64,000 nt of DNA from an uncultured Gammaproteobacteria bacterium (lineage in GTDB: Bacteria; Patescibacteriota; Microgenomatia; Levybacterales; UBA12049). Below the pieces are notes generated by a model, which was not told the DNA's origin, searched no databases, and saw nothing but the letters and a program-made list of their open reading frames with translations. Made by a program: the position numbers and the translations under genes. This document shows, piece after piece, positions 32,281 to 41,682 of this stretch (its first letter is position 1; the number at the start of each line of letters is the position of its first letter). The DNA lies in NCBI GenBank assembly GCA_964416445.1, contig CAYQEE010000002.1:106691-170690 (forward strand), written 5' to 3'.

Positions 32281-33774
32281 TTATCCTATTATTTTACTTA
32301 AACTATCGAGATATGCTCGTACTGTAGCAACAATAATATCGGTATCTGATCCGAAACCATAGAAAACATTACCTTTAAAGGCAATCTGAATATGCACTTT
32401 TCCTATATCATCACTCCCCCCAGTTACTGCCTGAATAAGGAATTCTTCAAGATTCACTTTCTTTTTAATAATTTTATTTACTGCATTAAATGCTGCATCT
32501 ACGGGACCATTTCCTGTCGAACTAGCAATTTCCTCAATTCCATTTACCAATAATTTGACAGAAGCCATTGGATATAAGGGAGTTCCACAAACCACTTCAA
32601 GAAACTCTAATTTTATTCCTGCGTCTTTAATAGATCCTCCCATAAGGATATGCAAATCATTATCATTGACGTCCTTTTTCTTATCTGCTAATGTTAAAAA
32701 TTTTTCATAGATTCCATCTAATTCTTGCGACGTTACTTTATACCCAAGTCTCTCTAAATGATGATTCAACGCAGATCTACCTGAACGTGCTGTCAAGGCT
32801 AGTGAAGATTCATTAATACCAACATCTTTGGGATTTATTATTTCGTAAGTAAATCGATTCTTTAAAATTCCGTTTTGATGAATTCCTGATGAGTGCGCAA
32901 AGGCATTTCTTCCAACAATTGCTTTATTTGCTTGGATTGGCATTCGCATCAATCGTGAGACTAGCCTACTTGTAGGATAAATTTTTCTTGTATTAATATT
33001 CGATAATACCTTGAGATCTTTTCTTGTTTTCATAATCATTACTGCTTCTTCTAAAGAGGTATTTCCTGCTCGCTCCCCCACACCATTTATAGTTACTTCC
33101 ACTTGCCTTGCACCATTTTGAACTGCAGCAATTGTATTAGCAGTTGCCATTCCTAAATCATTATGACAATGAACTGAAACAATAACATTTTCAATTCCTT
33201 TTACATGTTCATAAAGATATTTAATTTTTTCACCAAATTCGTTAGGTAAACAGTAGCCAGTGGTATCAGGAATATTAACAGTTGTTGCACCTGCCTCAAT
33301 TGCTGCTTGGATAAACTTTGCTAAAAATTCATTTTCTGTTCTCCCCGCATCCATTGCAGAAAATTCGACATCTTCCACATATTGTTTTGCATGTTTCACT
33401 GATGCAACTGCTTGTTCCAAGATCTTTTCTCTAGTAGATCGGAATTGATGAATAATATGAATATCAGAACTACTAATAAATGTATGGATTCGTTTATTCT
33501 TTGCAAATTTTAACGATTCAGCTGCACAATCAATATCTGCAGGTATTGCTCGTGATAGGGCACAGATAATTGGCTCTGTAACAACCTTTGAGATCTCTTG
33601 TACAGAATGTAAATCTCCTGGACTTGATATTGGAAATCCAGCTTCAATAACATCTACACCAAGTTCGCTAAGAGCAGTCGCAACTTCAATTTTTTCAACT
33701 GTATTGAGTTGGCAACCCGGTACCTGTTCTCCATCACGTAGTGTTGTATCAAAAATATAAACTTTATCTTTCAT
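32281..33774 (-). CDS. leuA: 2-isopropylmalate synthase
   Basis: [11 protein letters not shown] and HCHNDLG motifs, with a LeuA dimerisation/regulatory C-terminus. Confidence 0.9.
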   Translation of the reverse strand: MKDKVYIFDTTLRDGEQVPGCQLNTVEKIEVATALSELGVDVIEAGFPISSPGDLHSVQEISKVVTEPIICALSRAIPADIDCAAESLKFAKNKRIHTFISSSDIHIIHQFRSTREKILEQAVASVKHAKQYVEDVEFSAMDAGRTENEFLAKFIQAAIEAGATTVNIPDTTGYCLPNEFGEKIKYLYEHVKGIENVIVSVHCHNDLGMATANTIAAVQNGARQVEVTINGVGERAGNTSLEEAVMIMKTRKDLKVLSNINTRKIYPTSRLVSRLMRMPIQANKAIVGRNAFAHSSGIHQNGILKNRFTYEIINPKDVGINESSLALTARSGRSALNHHLERLGYKVTSQELDGIYEKFLTLADKKKDVNDNDLHILMGGSIKDAGIKLEFLEVVCGTPLYPMASVKLLVNGIEEIASSTGNGPVDAAFNAVNKIIKKKVNLEEFLIQAVTGGSDDIGKVHIQIAFKGNVFYGFGSDTDIIVATVRAYLDSLSKIIG

Positions 33775-33785
33775 ATTTTACCTAT

Positions 33786-33806
33786 AAAAAAACCCGCTCT
33801 TCGCGG
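33786..33806 (-). terminator. leu attenuator terminator CCCGCGAAGAGCGGG-U7, ending 11 nt before the leuA ATG
   Basis: Its 5' arm UCCCGC can alternatively pair with GCGGGA, which overlaps the leader stop codon (antiterminator). Confidence 0.65.
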
Positions 33807-33839
33807 GAGTTCGTTTGTTACTAGCCAAACAATCCCGCC

Positions 33840-33884
33840 TTAAACGGAAAGGAGTGAAAGGCCAAGAAGTAAATTTTTTATCAT
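33840..33884 (-). CDS. Leu-rich leader peptide MIKNLLLGLSLLSV (leu leader, 14 aa)
   Basis: 6 of 14 residues are Leu. Stop UAA directly abuts the GGCGGGA antiterminator segment. Confidence 0.65.
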   Translation of the reverse strand: MIKNLLLGLSLLSV

Positions 33885-33893
33885 AGTTCGTTT

Positions 33894-33923
33894 ATTGTAA
33901 CAATTATGAGACTATTTCGTCAA
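33894..33923 (-). promoter_or_regulatory. promoter TTGACG-N18-TACAAT for the leu leader
   Basis: -10 ends 9 nt before the leader ATG. Confidence 0.5.
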
Positions 33924-33930
33924 TAGTACT

Positions 33931-34860
33931 TTATTTTATAGATATTGTTGTGCACCATGATTCATATTCTTTATCTTCTCCTCTAACTATTTTAAAGAAT
34001 TTATCTTGTAATTTTGCTGTAATTGTCCCCCGTTTTCCGTTCCCAATAATTCTCTTATCAATTTTTGCTACCCAAGCAACCTGACAGCCAGTACCTGAAA
34101 GAAACACTTCGTCAGCAACATATAATTCACTACGATCTACGGTTCTTGCCTCAATGGGAATACCCATATCTTTTGCAATTTTCATGAGTGATCTTCGAGT
34201 AATTCCTTCGAGAACATCATCTCCTGCAGCTGGAGTAATGAGTACACCATCACGAATAATAAATAAATTTTCAGCTGAACCTTCACAAACACTTCCTGCT
34301 TCAGATAACATTATTGCTTCATCGTATCCATTTTCATGAGCCTCTTTTCTTGCTAGAGCTGAGTTTACATAACCTCCCGATATTTTTGCTCGTGAAGGTA
34401 TTGCATTATCTGATATTCTCCTCCATGAAGAAACCATTAATGATAATCCTTTACTAACTGGTAAATATTCACCTAAAGGGATCATATATAATGCGAAATC
34501 CAGTACTGTATCTGCTAAATTAGGTCCAAGATTTGTATGACCAACATATGCATAGGGACGTAAGTAGACATCGGTTTGTGGCCTATTCTTTTTGATTAAA
34601 TCTAGCGTGTTTTCACGAAGTTGCTCTTTTGTATAAGGAAGACTACAGCCTAATATTTTTACTGATGATAAAAAACGTTTATAGTGATCATCAATTCTAA
34701 AAACTGAAATACTTCCCTTTTTGGTATTTACATATCCGCGAATTCCTCCAAAGATTCCTGTACCATATTGGAGAGCATTCGTCATAATTGAGACTTTTGC
34801 GTCTTCAATTTTTATGATATTTCCTTGAAAATATGCATACGGAAATGGTGTTGAATTCAT
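33931..34860 (-). CDS. ilvE: branched-chain amino acid aminotransferase (fold type IV)
   Basis: YGTGIFGGIRGY and EGSAENLF...TGCQV motifs. Confidence 0.85.
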   Translation of the reverse strand: MNSTPFPYAYFQGNIIKIEDAKVSIMTNALQYGTGIFGGIRGYVNTKKGSISVFRIDDHYKRFLSSVKILGCSLPYTKEQLRENTLDLIKKNRPQTDVYLRPYAYVGHTNLGPNLADTVLDFALYMIPLGEYLPVSKGLSLMVSSWRRISDNAIPSRAKISGGYVNSALARKEAHENGYDEAIMLSEAGSVCEGSAENLFIIRDGVLITPAAGDDVLEGITRRSLMKIAKDMGIPIEARTVDRSELYVADEVFLSGTGCQVAWVAKIDKRIIGNGKRGTITAKLQDKFFKIVRGEDKEYESWCTTISIK

Positions 34861-34917
34861 AAACTGTTTTTACCAATACCTTTACCTTTGTAATAAATTA
34901 TAAAACAAGGCTAATCG

Positions 34918-34946
34918 ATTCTAGCAAACGAACTATGACACGTCAA
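34918..34946 (-). promoter_or_regulatory. promoter TTGACG-N17-TAGAAT for ilvE
   Basis: No leader peptide or terminator follows. The spacer contains the 13-mer TCATAGTTCGTTT, which is also present (reverse-complemented) in the leu leader region. Confidence 0.45.
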
Positions 34947-34969
34947 TATAATTTCAAAACGAAAAGACA

Positions 34970-35497
34970 TTAAAGGTACGTAACTGCTGCATAAATTTCT
35001 TTGAGAAATTGTGATGGAATTGTCGATAACAATGTAGTTGCATAAAATCCTAAAGAATTTAATAATTCATAAAGGTTTCTATACGATATTGGATAAGGAA
35101 CCCAATAATTATGTCTCTCAGTATTATATTCAACAAATATAATTCTACCCATTTTCTTTAAATAACGTTTTACTCGCATAAGAAATATCTTTTTATCTTG
35201 AATATAATGAAGCGAATTTGCCATTATAATCCCATCAAGTGGGGGCAAAACGAGTTGTTTTGTAAAATCAGTATTATAATAATATACTTCCCTTGTAGGA
35301 AACATCTGTTGAAACAATTTTTTTTGTGTCTGCAATCGATGATTATCTAAATCAATAGAATAAATTTCAGATTGAGGATGAACTAAATCAGCTAATGCCA
35401 ACGTAAAAGAACCTTCTCCTGAACCAAAATCTGCCCATACACTTTTTCCCTTGGGAATACCTGTCTCAATAAGATGTATATGATCTTTATGTTCCAT
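34970..35497 (-). CDS. class I SAM-dependent methyltransferase
   Basis: ADFGSGEGSFTLALA motif I-like and Rossmann-like beta strands. Confidence 0.55.
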   Translation of the reverse strand: MEHKDHIHLIETGIPKGKSVWADFGSGEGSFTLALADLVHPQSEIYSIDLDNHRLQTQKKLFQQMFPTREVYYYNTDFTKQLVLPPLDGIIMANSLHYIQDKKIFLMRVKRYLKKMGRIIFVEYNTERHNYWVPYPISYRNLYELLNSLGFYATTLLSTIPSQFLKEIYAAVTYL

Positions 35498-35602
35498 AAT
35501 TCAGTGATAAGCAAAATAATCCGAATAGACACAGGGTAAGGAATGCTAACTTGTTTAACAATAAAATTAATTATATCATTGAGAAATAATTTAAAAGAAT
35601 TC

Positions 35603-36256
35603 ATGGTTATACCTACTATTTTGTTGGAAAAAAAACTTTGGGAAAAAGGCTTTCGCAATATAGCTGGAGTTGATGAAGCAGGAAAAGGACCATTAGCTGG
35701 TCCTGTCACCGCAGGTGCAGTTGTAATTCATTCAGAGAAACAAATCGTAAAATCTGTGAGAGATAGTAAATTAATGACGGCAAAACAACGAGAACAAGCT
35801 TTTGCGGAAATATGTCTTCGTTCTACAGCATTTGGGATAGGAGTCGTATCTGCTACTGTGATTGATAAAATAGGAATTGATAAAGCCGTTCAAAAAGCAA
35901 TGCTCATGGCACTTGATGAGATTGAAATTACTTTTGGTTTACAGATTTCCTATGTGATTGTTGACGGTTCTCGAACAGTCCCTTTGCAATTTTATCAATC
36001 ACAAAGAATTAAAGCAGGAGGATTATATCACTACTCAATATCGGCAGGATCAGTTTTAGCAAAAGTAACCAGAGATACTATTATGAAACAACTTGCAAAA
36101 CAGTACTCATATTATGGATTTGATAAACATGTCGGTTATGGAACAAAAGATCACCTTCAAGCATTAGCGGCTCATGGGATATGCCCTATTCATAGAAAAT
36201 CATTTGCCCCGATAAAATATTTTTCTAAAAATAACACTTCGCTTGCACAGAAATAG
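35603..36256 (+). CDS. rnhB: ribonuclease HII
   Basis: GVDEAGKGPLAGPV motif. Internal Met chosen as start; the ORF track begins at 35543. Confidence 0.85.
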   Translation: MVIPTILLEKKLWEKGFRNIAGVDEAGKGPLAGPVTAGAVVIHSEKQIVKSVRDSKLMTAKQREQAFAEICLRSTAFGIGVVSATVIDKIGIDKAVQKAMLMALDEIEITFGLQISYVIVDGSRTVPLQFYQSQRIKAGGLYHYSISAGSVLAKVTRDTIMKQLAKQYSYYGFDKHVGYGTKDHLQALAAHGICPIHRKSFAPIKYFSKNNTSLAQK

Positions 36257-36265
36257 AAACAAGAA

Positions 36266-37831
36266 TTATTTATTTACGACAGAGGCTTTTTTCCTATAAC
36301 GAGGATTATCAATAGTTATATATGATACCACTACGCTTAAGAACGCAAGAAATGCTGCTATACCAATAATCCATCTAAAGCCAAAGATAAATGACGTATC
36401 AATCACGTTGTAGGCAATGGCTGTAGCCTGAGAACTAAAATCTTTCGGTATTTCTATTCCTCCTAGTTTACTTCCTTGGCTACGAATTTCGTTTTGTTGA
36501 GAAATGTTCAGACCTGATGTTTGTAACTGATAATCAAGCCGATGTAAAAATAACGTTAAAATAATTGCTCCAAGTAAAGCAACAGCCAAAAGACCAGCTA
36601 TTCTCGCAATGGCGTTATTCACTCCTGAAGCAGCGCCAGAATATCGTCGATCAACTGCTAAGGCTGATTTTGTTAAGGGAGCTATAACAATTGCCATTCC
36701 TACACCAAAAAGAATCAAACCTGGCAAATACTGTAGGAAATAATTTGCATGCAACCCGGGGAAAATAAAGAGAAGCATTCCAACGGAAACAAGCAGTGGA
36801 CCAATTATCATAGGTAATCGAGGCCCAATTTTGTCTGCAACTGCTCCCGCAGGCCCTGAAAGAAAGGTGATTAGTAGAATTGTTGGTAGTAATCCCAAAC
36901 CAGCCATAATAGGTGAATACTTTTGTATTTGTTGAAAATTAAGCACAAGGAAAAATATAACTCCGTTTAAAGCAAAATAAAGAAATGTCGTTGCAATATT
37001 CGCTCCGATAACAAGTGGTGATTTAAAAAGTGAAAAAGGAACTAAAGGTTCTTGTGCATTCTTTTCGATAAGAATGAACAAAATAAAAAAGATAAAACCT
37101 CCAATAAGACTGGTTATAATACTCCAGTTCATCCATCCAAACGTAGGACCATTAATTAAACCATAAACAATTCCTAGTAGTGAGACAAGGATACATATTG
37201 TCCCAAACAAATCAATATTTTTTGCGTCTTGGTTTTTTGATTCAGGAACAAACCGAACAGTGATAAATAATGCTAATAAGCCCAAAGGAATATTAATATA
37301 AAATATCGATTGCCACCCCAAGGTTTGAACTAACCATCCACCTAAGAAAGGACCAAGTGCTGCAATCGCACCAGCGCATCCTGACCATAAACCAATAACC
37401 TTTCCTCTCTCTTGTTCCCTAAACGCGACATTAATAATACTCAAACTACCTGGGATCATCATTGCAGCACCAATTCCTTCTAGAGCACGATAAATTATTA
37501 ATTGCGTAGTAGTTTGAGCAATACTACATAAAAATGAAGCAAGAATAAATAAAGTAATACCATAAAGGAAAATCCTCTTTCGGCCAAATCTATCTCCAAG
37601 TGCGCCACTTATTAATATCAAAGCAGAAAGCATCAAGGAATAACCATTAATGATCCATTGCATATCAATAAGATTTGCATGAAATTTTGACTGAATAATA
37701 GGAATTGCAATATTTACTACTGTTCCATCAAGAAAAGACATACCGCTAGCTAAAACTGTAGCAAAAAGAATGAGCTTACCGATGAGATTTTTAAGAGAAT
37801 ATTGCTCCATAGCTGGATTATACCAGATCAA
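36266..37831 (-). CDS. MFS transporter, 14-TMS drug:H+ antiporter (DHA2)-like
   Basis: 521 aa, many TM segments, GxLaDrxGrkR-like motif (GDRFGRKR). Confidence 0.75.
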   Translation of the reverse strand: MIWYNPAMEQYSLKNLIGKLILFATVLASGMSFLDGTVVNIAIPIIQSKFHANLIDMQWIINGYSLMLSALILISGALGDRFGRKRIFLYGITLFILASFLCSIAQTTTQLIIYRALEGIGAAMMIPGSLSIINVAFREQERGKVIGLWSGCAGAIAALGPFLGGWLVQTLGWQSIFYINIPLGLLALFITVRFVPESKNQDAKNIDLFGTICILVSLLGIVYGLINGPTFGWMNWSIITSLIGGFIFFILFILIEKNAQEPLVPFSLFKSPLVIGANIATTFLYFALNGVIFFLVLNFQQIQKYSPIMAGLGLLPTILLITFLSGPAGAVADKIGPRLPMIIGPLLVSVGMLLFIFPGLHANYFLQYLPGLILFGVGMAIVIAPLTKSALAVDRRYSGAASGVNNAIARIAGLLAVALLGAIILTLFLHRLDYQLQTSGLNISQQNEIRSQGSKLGGIEIPKDFSSQATAIAYNVIDTSFIFGFRWIIGIAAFLAFLSVVVSYITIDNPRYRKKASVVNK

Positions 37832-37844
37832 ATGGAAATATAGT

Positions 37845-38606
37845 TTAGCTTATAGTGTGAAAAATCCTTGCTATAAAATAGCCTATGAAAGCTGCTCCCA
37901 ACCCAATTATAAGCATTCTGAGACCACTTTTCCACCAATTTCCAACAAGCGAAACTGCCTGATAGACACCAACCGCAAAAAGAGTAATCCCACTAATAGT
38001 TATTGAAACAACTAACCCATTTGTATGACTTAGGAAAAAGAATGGTATCGCTGGGATAAAATGGCCAACGGCGGTTGCAATTGTAACAATAATTGAACTT
38101 TTCAAAACATCTTTTGTATTTATAGGCTCTATATGAAGTTCCTCAGCCATCATTACATCCAACCATATTTTTTTATTCGAACAAATTGTGTCAACTAATT
38201 CTTCCAGAACTTTTCCTTTAATACCTTTTTCCTCGTAAATTCTCCTCACTTCTTCTTTTTCCATTTCAGGCATTTCTTCAATCTCTTGTTCTTCTTTTCT
38301 TCGCTCACTATCGTAATAATCTCTTTGAGCTAACGCAGAAGTATAGGCAACAGCTCCCATTGAGATAGATTCAGCTATTGAAGCAGCAATAACTGTCGCG
38401 ATCAAAACACGAACATCCGCAGTTGCAGCCATTACACCAAGGATAATTCCCAAAGCATTCACTAATCCATCTTGGCCTCCAAGAATAACATCCCGTAATG
38501 GATTTTCCCTTTTATGTTTTTCCGCTTTTTTGTGTAAGTTAAACTCTTGTTCTGTAGGCTTTCTATGATTAGCATTTTGAGCCATATCTTTTACATACTC
38601 TATCAA
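37845..38606 (-). CDS. VIT1/CCC1-family iron/manganese transporter
   Basis: LGGQDGLVN N-terminal motif, acidic cytoplasmic loop, C-terminal TM bundle. Confidence 0.7.
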   Translation of the reverse strand: MIEYVKDMAQNANHRKPTEQEFNLHKKAEKHKRENPLRDVILGGQDGLVNALGIILGVMAATADVRVLIATVIAASIAESISMGAVAYTSALAQRDYYDSERRKEEQEIEEMPEMEKEEVRRIYEEKGIKGKVLEELVDTICSNKKIWLDVMMAEELHIEPINTKDVLKSSIIVTIATAVGHFIPAIPFFFLSHTNGLVVSITISGITLFAVGVYQAVSLVGNWWKSGLRMLIIGLGAAFIGYFIARIFHTIS

Positions 38607-38657
38607 AAAAAAATAATTTTGGGAATTATTGCTTAAAACACACTTCTCGATATGATA

Positions 38658-39101
38658 TCACATTGGTTGAAGATTCGTTATTGAACTGATATTTGAAAAC
38701 CAGAATTCACTACCTGTCCCAAGAGCTGAAATTTCATATTGATATGGAGTACCCTTTCTCAAATAAGATATCGTATAACTCGTCGAACTTGCAGGAATAT
38801 TAGAGACAGCATTCGTAAAGGTCGAATCAGTTGCCCTCTTGTAGTATATATTAAAAAAATTTGCTCCATCAACATGAGGCAGAGGAATAATTGCCTCTTC
38901 ATAAAACCCTCGAGTAAGACTTGTCCCAGCAACAGATTGCGCTACTGATCTTTTATTAAGAACGAGAAATATAACGAGTAATATTGCTATTGATGATCCT
39001 ACTATTAATAAACCTGTATATGATGATAAAGATTTTATATGTTTCTTTGTTCTCTGAGTAGTATGTTTCGTCTTGTGCTTAGAAGTTACCCTCTTTTTCA
39101 T
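38658..39101 (-). CDS. hypothetical membrane-anchored protein
   Basis: Basic N-terminus, one TM, then a beta-rich domain; no family recognised. Confidence 0.4.
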   Translation of the reverse strand: MKKRVTSKHKTKHTTQRTKKHIKSLSSYTGLLIVGSSIAILLVIFLVLNKRSVAQSVAGTSLTRGFYEEAIIPLPHVDGANFFNIYYKRATDSTFTNAVSNIPASSTSYTISYLRKGTPYQYEISALGTGSEFWFSNISSITNLQPM

Positions 39102-39155
39102 ACCTACTTCTACCGTAATTCAAATCAAGCATCTTGTCAAGATGATCAAATTTTA

Positions 39156-39330
39156 TAAGGCAGAAATAATAACAATTACCCCTACGATAAAGAACTGAAT
39201 ACCGTTCATTTTTCTAACGATATCGGGTGAAACTACTTTACTCAGTTGTAATCCTCCAAATACTGCAATTCTCGTTCGAATTACCAATGCTAACCATGCG
39301 CCTACTATTACTTCATGCGCTTTATAACGC
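39156..39330 (-). pseudogene. possible C-terminal remnant of a polytopic membrane protein (about 57 codons, no start codon)
   Basis: In-frame stretch ...LATRYKAHEVIVGAWLALVIRTRIAVFGGLQLSKVVSPDIVRKMNGIQFFIVGVIVIISAL* preceded by a stop. Lies in the 390-bp gap 39102..39491. Confidence 0.2.
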
Positions 39331-39491
39331 GTAGCAAGTATAAAAGAGTCTCGTTAAGTCTTATCGGGTAATTCAGCAGTAAAATTATTATAAAGGTAGT
39401 AAGCAAAACTGGAAGAGATAACGATACCATATCTCGTTATTTTACGTACACTATAGACGAAATTTGCTGTACCATGAAGCTCAAATACCAG

Positions 39492-41018
39492 CTAAGATAA
39501 CCAATTGCAAATAACATCTTCAATGAGTTTTTTTTTAACTGCATAATATTCTTTAAATCTTATTTCTTTCGATCGTAATCCACTTATATTTTCAGGAATA
39601 TCCACTCCAGAAATCACGCTATTAATCTGTGAAAGTATTTCAAATTCATTCGTAAAAGTATGCTCTTCATTTACTAGTGAACTATAAATATTTTTAATAA
39701 ATTTTGACCAGTGAGCAGTGGAACAAATCAGTAAAGGTAGTTTATGCTCTGTCTTCATCTGAAATTGTTCACCTATTTTTTGAGCAACTGATGTATGTGG
39801 ATCTATAATATAGTTTGTTTCATAAAATATCTTTGTTATATTCTGTAAACACGCTGTATTATTAACCCATCCTGCATAAAACTCATTTTGTAAGATTCGT
39901 TTCGTTTCAGTATCCACTTCAAATCTTCCATTTTCCATTAAGTTCTTCATCCATACAGTAACCTTACCAGTGTTATTTGTAATTAGATATAAAAGTCGTT
40001 CTATATTACTCGCAATAAGAATATCCATTGAAGGTGAAGGAGTTTTAATTAATGACCTATTATTTATTGAATAAACACCAGTTTGCAAAAAATCTACAAG
40101 AACATTATTTTCATTAGATGCACAAATAAGTTTACGGATGGGTAACCCCATTAATTTTGCATAATACGCTGCAAGAAGATTCCCAAAATTTCCTGTAGGA
40201 ACGACAAGATCAATTTGTTGGCCTAATTCAATTTTGTTCCTATTAATTAATTCTAAATAACTACTTATATGATAAATTATTTGAGGAAGTAATCTCCCCC
40301 AGTTAATTGAATTTGCCGAAGAAAGTTTAATATTACGATTTTTCATCATATTTTGAAAAATTTTGTCCTTAAAAATTTCTTTAACAAGATTTTGAACATT
40401 ATCAAAATTACCTTCCAGGGCAAAAACACCAAGATTGCTCCCTTCTTGCGTAACCATTTGAAGTTCTTGCAACTGGGAGACGTGATCTTTAGGATAAAAA
40501 ACAAGAAGGTTAATATCTTTCTTATTTTTGTATCCTTCTAATGCTGCTTTTCCAGTATCTCCTGACGTAGCAACAAGAATAAGATATTGAACTGGTTTCT
40601 TACCTTGTTTAATAAGAAGCAAATTATTTCGTTTAACTGCTTTTTGAAAAAATAGAGGCATTATTTGTAATGCTAAATCTTTAAATGCTAATGTAGGACC
40701 ATGCCAAAGCTCCAACACAAATTGATTTTCTTTCAAAGGATGTACTGGTACTATTTGTTTATGTCTAAAATTAACCCCATATGCTTCTTTAACTATTTTT
40801 TTTAATGAAGCATATGAAAAATCTGTTTGAAAACTATTTAATATTGCAACTGCAATTTCTTGATACGATTTTCCTACCAAGTGCTGTAATTGAGTTTTCG
40901 TAAACTTAGGTATTTTCGTAGGGACAAATAAACCTCCATCTCGGGCAATATTATTAAGAATAACTTCTGAAAATGTAAATACTTTGGTGTCTCCTCGAGT
41001 ACTTTTGTAGTTAATCAT
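39492..41018 (-). CDS. thrC: threonine synthase (long form, about 500 aa)
   Basis: WHGPTLAFKD PLP-lysine motif and overall long ThrC architecture. Confidence 0.9.
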   Translation of the reverse strand: MINYKSTRGDTKVFTFSEVILNNIARDGGLFVPTKIPKFTKTQLQHLVGKSYQEIAVAILNSFQTDFSYASLKKIVKEAYGVNFRHKQIVPVHPLKENQFVLELWHGPTLAFKDLALQIMPLFFQKAVKRNNLLLIKQGKKPVQYLILVATSGDTGKAALEGYKNKKDINLLVFYPKDHVSQLQELQMVTQEGSNLGVFALEGNFDNVQNLVKEIFKDKIFQNMMKNRNIKLSSANSINWGRLLPQIIYHISSYLELINRNKIELGQQIDLVVPTGNFGNLLAAYYAKLMGLPIRKLICASNENNVLVDFLQTGVYSINNRSLIKTPSPSMDILIASNIERLLYLITNNTGKVTVWMKNLMENGRFEVDTETKRILQNEFYAGWVNNTACLQNITKIFYETNYIIDPHTSVAQKIGEQFQMKTEHKLPLLICSTAHWSKFIKNIYSSLVNEEHTFTNEFEILSQINSVISGVDIPENISGLRSKEIRFKEYYAVKKKLIEDVICNWLS

Positions 41019-41637
41019 ATCTTTCTATTACTTCAAGCAATAAATCTTCAGAAAATCTCTCATGTCGTAGTAAATGATAATCAAAGATAATTTCAGCTAG
41101 CTTTTTGTATTTATCCGTTCGAAACAACAAAAGTTTTTCATAACATCGCGCGAGAGCTTCTTTTGGAGATTCTCCTTCCTGTAAGGAAAATGCATCTCCC
41201 CAAATGATAGGCTTTGGATCACGTACAAATAATTCAAACATCTGACGTTTAACTCGATATGGAGTATGCAGATAAACCATTTTTGAGTATTGTGATAATT
41301 GGTTAAGAATATCAGCATGGGTATAAATTAAACTTCCTGTCGTGTCAACAACGATATTTTCATCGGAAGCAGTTTTGATTTTCTCAATTACTTCACGCAT
41401 TACTTCGATTTCATATTGAAGATATTTTGCACTCGTCTTCTTATATCTATGTTCATATGGATATCCCATCCATTTTGCAACATCTTGTATGCCTGTGTAA
41501 CCTAATTTTTTAAGTTCATGTGATAACTTCTCTTCAATAAGATCGTCACAGCAGATTCTTATAAATCCTTTCTTTTCTAATTTCTTTGACCAAAATGATT
41601 TGCCAGAACCTGATATACCTACCAATGTAACTATCAT
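41011..41637 (-). CDS. P-loop kinase of the shikimate-kinase/NMP-kinase fold, at the operon position normally held by homoserine kinase
   Basis: Walker A GISGSGKS, acidic CDD region, DTTGS and VYL segments matching the shikimate kinase pattern. 8-nt overlap with thrC, 45 nt after hom. Confidence 0.6.
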   Translation of the reverse strand: MIVTLVGISGSGKSFWSKKLEKKGFIRICCDDLIEEKLSHELKKLGYTGIQDVAKWMGYPYEHRYKKTSAKYLQYEIEVMREVIEKIKTASDENIVVDTTGSLIYTHADILNQLSQYSKMVYLHTPYRVKRQMFELFVRDPKPIIWGDAFSLQEGESPKEALARCYEKLLLFRTDKYKKLAEIIFDYHLLRHERFSEDLLLEVIERYD

Positions 41638-41682
41638 AAAATTATTCCTTTCGTTATTGCTTGCATTGATCTAGAGAGTGTG

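Noticed and set aside
41011-41637. Simple annotation of the P-loop kinase as shikimate kinase AroK
   Set aside because: Not rejected outright, since the fold-level motifs are shikimate-kinase-like. It is disfavoured as the whole story because of tight translational coupling inside the aspartokinase-hom-thrC operon and the absence of thrB. Kept as the main alternative hypothesis.
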